DNA of 64,000 bases from the human T2T-CHM13v2.0 reference genome, Homo sapiens, in the NCBI RefSeq assembly GCF_009914755.1, contig NC_060927.1; one strand, written 5' to 3'. Below, in pieces: positions 59,905-64,000 of this stretch; the first letter of the stretch is position 1, and each line of letters starts with the position of its first letter. The notes under the pieces are model-generated. The model worked only from the letters and a program-made list of their open reading frames with translations, did not search any database and had not been told where the DNA came from. The position numbers were made by a program, and so were the translations under genes.

Positions 59905-60070
59905 TCTTTCTACTTAAGCTGTGGTCACAGCGCAATGGCATCAACATTCCTAGGAAGTGAACTGATCCAAAGAATCTCAGACCCCATTCCACACTTACTG
60001 AATCAGAATATACATTTTACCCATATTGCCAATAGACTTATTCACATGTAAGTTGGATGGAAAGCAGTAA
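59905..60070. mobile_element. MER5-family MITE
   Basis: ggcatcaacattcctaggaag...agaatctcagaccccattccacacttactgaatcagaatatacatttta. Confidence 0.7.
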
Positions 60071-61340
60071 TTTCACTACTTTCAAGATCCACTTTTATCA
60101 TTCAATATTAAAAATGTTTTGATATCCCAATTATGTGATGTGAAACTTCAGCAAATCCATGGGCACTTATTTAGACAGATACATATATGGTGTTACTGTT
60201 TCATATTCTAATTAAGCATTCCTCTACATAACTGTTTTGGCATACACATATACTCTTGATGTATTTGTTTTTTGCATCACTGAAGCAAATTTTAGACTGC
60301 ACATTTCTGGACGGCAAGGATTGCCTTCAAATACTTAGTTCAGTGCCTGATAAATATGTAAACTGCCTTGAGAAACAGTGATGACAGTATCATAATCTGA
60401 CAATAATTAGAGAAAAAATGCTTTGGATGCACAACTAAGAGTAGGAAATTCTCAGAAACATTAATTCCAACTCACCTGGAAATAACAATTCACAGAATAG
60501 AAAAAAACCAAAAGGTTGCTAATATTCTTGAGCACCCACACTTCATTTTGATGAAATCTAATGTCAGACTAACCTAGAGTTTCAGGTGGAAGTAATCATT
60601 CTTTTTTTTAATCTCTTTATTTTTTACTGTCATAGGGTAACAGTCTCCATGTATAATTTTAATAGGATTAGAGGACACCTTGAAATGTAAGGAATGATCA
60701 ATCAAATTCATATAGTGCATCAGCAATTGTGATCTCCCAGGTTGTGGAAATCAAGTTGAAAAATATAGATGGTAGACATAGTCCTGGAATTTTCAAAACA
60801 AGAAATGAAAGCTTTAATAAAATTAAACACTTTAAGCTAATGATGACCTACTTAAGAAAATCATTTACCTTTCTAATTTTTAAGCACTTGAATTAGTTTA
60901 GATTTATAGTCTCTAGACATTGCTAAATTTGATTAAATGTGAAAAACTTAAAGTTCACCTGTAAAAATGTCCTTGATTAATTTTATCTGTTAAGGGAAAA
61001 CCTATACCATCCTCTCTGGCCTTGGAAATATCTCTGACAGAGTTCCGAATTCTTCTCTGTATTTTAAATATTGTTGATATATTATTGATGCAGGTTTCAG
61101 TCATGCTGAACAAACCTTAAAATGCATGGAAAATCTGAAAATGCCTATTTAGATAGGTCACAGGCCCCCCTTTTTTTTTACTAAGCTAAAATTTAAAAAT
61201 CAGGAATCACAGAACATCAACAACGAGAAAAGAGGTTGAATTAGAGGTGCTCTGTAGAACTCCAAATAAACACTTTACATTTGTATTTTCATGCATTTAA
61301 ATTAGGGCTGTTAAAATAAGAGCAGGTGGATATAAAACTA

Positions 61341-61728
<388 letters not shown>

Positions 61729-62398
61729 TAGAAAACCATCGACTAGATTAATCAGCTCATACCATGTGAATTACTGACCAGTAGGAAACAGAGATCAAAG
61801 TCAGTGCTGCCTGCTACTTAGGAGATGCAAAGGTAATTCCTCTGATGGACTTCTACGTTCATTTCATTGCTCAACGACGTAGAGATAATTAATTCTTAAC
61901 GAATATTCATTTGAAATAAATTCTGACAAGTGCTCCATAATCCTTCCAGAATTCAGTAATAAATCAAATACACCTTTTTTTTTCTTGTAACTTCCCATTG
62001 ACAATGTCATATCATTAAAACCCAGGCTATATGTGGTAGCTCTTTCCCACTACAGTGAAAGACATTTCAATGGGAAATGAGCTTGTCTATTAAAAATATC
62101 TTCATTGTTGTTTTCTACCAATCTGTATCAACAGGTCATTTTCTTTCCTTTCTTTTTAAAATAGTAAATAAAGAAGGAATGATTATGATACTTCTTGCTC
62201 TCTAGGAGCCACGTCATAAATGCTTAATTAGGTATGCCAAAGTTATTTTTTCTAATAGAGTACAGAAAACTCTTAATAAAAGATCAGATTCATTGATGTA
62301 TATGCACAATATCAGGAAAGAGTTCTCATAATTTGTATAATTCCATAGTCAACCCTAGCAAGTGAAGATTAATCAATGGTGGGCTCCCATGCACGTGT

Positions 62399-64000
62399 AT
62401 TTATTTATTTATTTATTTATTTATTTATTTTTCTTTTCCACTTTCTTTTAGGTCCAGGGGGTACATGTGCAGTTTTGTTACTTTAGTACATTGCACATCA
62501 CTGGGGTTTGGTGTACACATGATTTTGTTACCCAGATAGTGGCATAGTACTTGATAGGTAGTTTTTTTGACTCTCGCCCTCCTCCTACCCTCCACCTTCA
62601 AATAGGTCCCAGTGCCTACTGTTCCATTCTTTGTATCCATATGTACTCAATGTTTAGCTCTCACTGATAAATGAGAACGTGTGATATTTGGTTTTCTGTT
62701 CCTCTATTAACCTGCTTAGGATAATGGCCTGCAGCTTCATCCATGTTGCTGCAAAGGACATGATTTTGTTATTTTTTTATGGCTGCATAGTATTCCACGA
62801 CGTACATGTGCCATGTTTTCTTTATCCGGTCCACTGTTGATGGGCATCTAGGTTGATTCCATGTCTTTGCTATTGTGAATAATGCTACAGTGAACATATT
62901 ACTATGTGTATCTTTTTGGTAGGATAATTTATATTCCTTTGGGTGTACATTCACTAAAGGGATTGCTGGGTTCAATGATAGCTCTGGTTTAAGTTCTTTG
63001 AGAAATCTCTGGGCTGCTTCCCACAATGGGTGAACTACTTTACATTTCCACCAGGAGTGTATAAGCATTCCCTTTTTTCCACAACCCCACCAGCATCTGT
63101 TATTTTTTGACTTTTTGATAATAGTAATTCTGACTGGTGTGAAATGGTATCTCATTGTGGTTTTTATTTACATTTCTCTAATGTTAGTGATGTTGAACAT
63201 TTTTCATATGCTTGTTGGCCATGTGAATGTCTTCTTTGGAAACGTGTCCATTTGTGTCCTTTGCCTATTTTTTAATGGGGTTGTTTGGTTTTTCTTGTTG
63301 ATTTGTTTAAGTTTCTTACAGATTCTGGACATTAGACCTTTGTTGGATGCATAGTTTGCAATTTTCTCCCATTCTGTAGGTTGTGTTTATGCTGTTGATG
63401 GCTTCTTTTGCTATGCAGAAGATCTTTAGTTTAATTAGGTCTCGCTTAATCCATTTTTGTTTTTGTTGCAATTACTTTTGCAGACTTTGTGATGAAACCT
63501 TTGCCAAGGTCATGTCCAGAGTGGTATTTCCTAGATTTTTTTTCTAGGATATTTATAATTTGAGGTCTTAAATTTAAGTCTTTAATTTTGAGTTGATTTT
63601 TGTATATGGTAGAAGGAAGTGGCCCAGTTTCAGTCTTCGGCATATGGCTAGCGAGTGATCCCAGCACCATTTACTGAATAGGGAGTCCTTTTCCCATTGA
63701 TTGTTAATGGGCAGCTTTGTCAAAGATCACATGGTTGTAGGTGTATGGCTTTATTTCCGGGTTATCTAATATTGGTCTATGTGTCTATTTTTGTACCACT
63801 ACCATGCTGTATTTTACTGTAGCCTACTACTGTATCTATTACTGTCACCCTGTAATATAGTTTGAAGTTTGATAGTGTGATGCCTCTGGCTGTGTTCATC
63901 TTGTTTAGGATTGCTTTGGCTATTCCAGCTCTTTTTTAGGTTCATATGAATTTTAGAATTTTTTTTCTAATGCTGTGAAAAATGACATTGATTGATAAGA
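62399..64000 (-). mobile_element. Primate L1 (older L1PA / L1PB type): 3' UTR and degenerate ORF2 end, with a (TTTA)n tail; runs off the window
   Basis: ORF 62769..63155 (MRYHFTPVRITIIKKSKNNRCW...ALFTIAKTWNQPRCPS) is the L1 ORF2p C-terminus, broken by frameshifts. Confidence 0.95.

Noticed and set aside
62769-63670. Reverse-transcriptase-related ORFs as a functional gene
   Set aside because: These are fragmented L1 ORF2 remnants with frameshifts.

Overview
This is AT-rich, CpG-depleted primate (very probably human) genomic DNA inside the FGF12 gene, which lies on the minus strand. It contains one 199-bp coding exon (341..539, [18 protein letters not shown]...HFVPKPIE). The remaining ~63.5 kb is the 3' part of the long intron upstream of that exon. 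The intron is filled with interspersed repeats: 18 Alu/FLAM copies, L1 3' ends, L2, MIR, MaLR LTRs and the DNA transposons Tigger3/MER7, MER3, MER5, MER94 and MADE1, plus microsatellites. All other ORFs in the track are explained by repeats or by chance. I see no evidence of a new multi-gene system. The points most worth a second look are small: (1) a textbook recursive-splice motif, CAG|GTGAGT preceded by a pyrimidine tract, on the FGF12 strand at 60475/60476, and a weaker one at 9924/9925; (2) a near-palindromic perfect CTCF core at 18296; (3) an old L1MA insertion with a twin-priming 5' inversion, a nested Tigger and a 21-bp perfect inverted duplication; (4) a ~150-bp local duplication pasted into a MIR; (5) an Alu inside a MADE1 hairpin; (6) a young Ya5-lineage Alu in an inverted pair; (7) a hydrophobic read-through tail after the FGF12 exon. 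Repeat subfamily names come from recalled consensus sequences, and the boundaries of old repeats are approximate.
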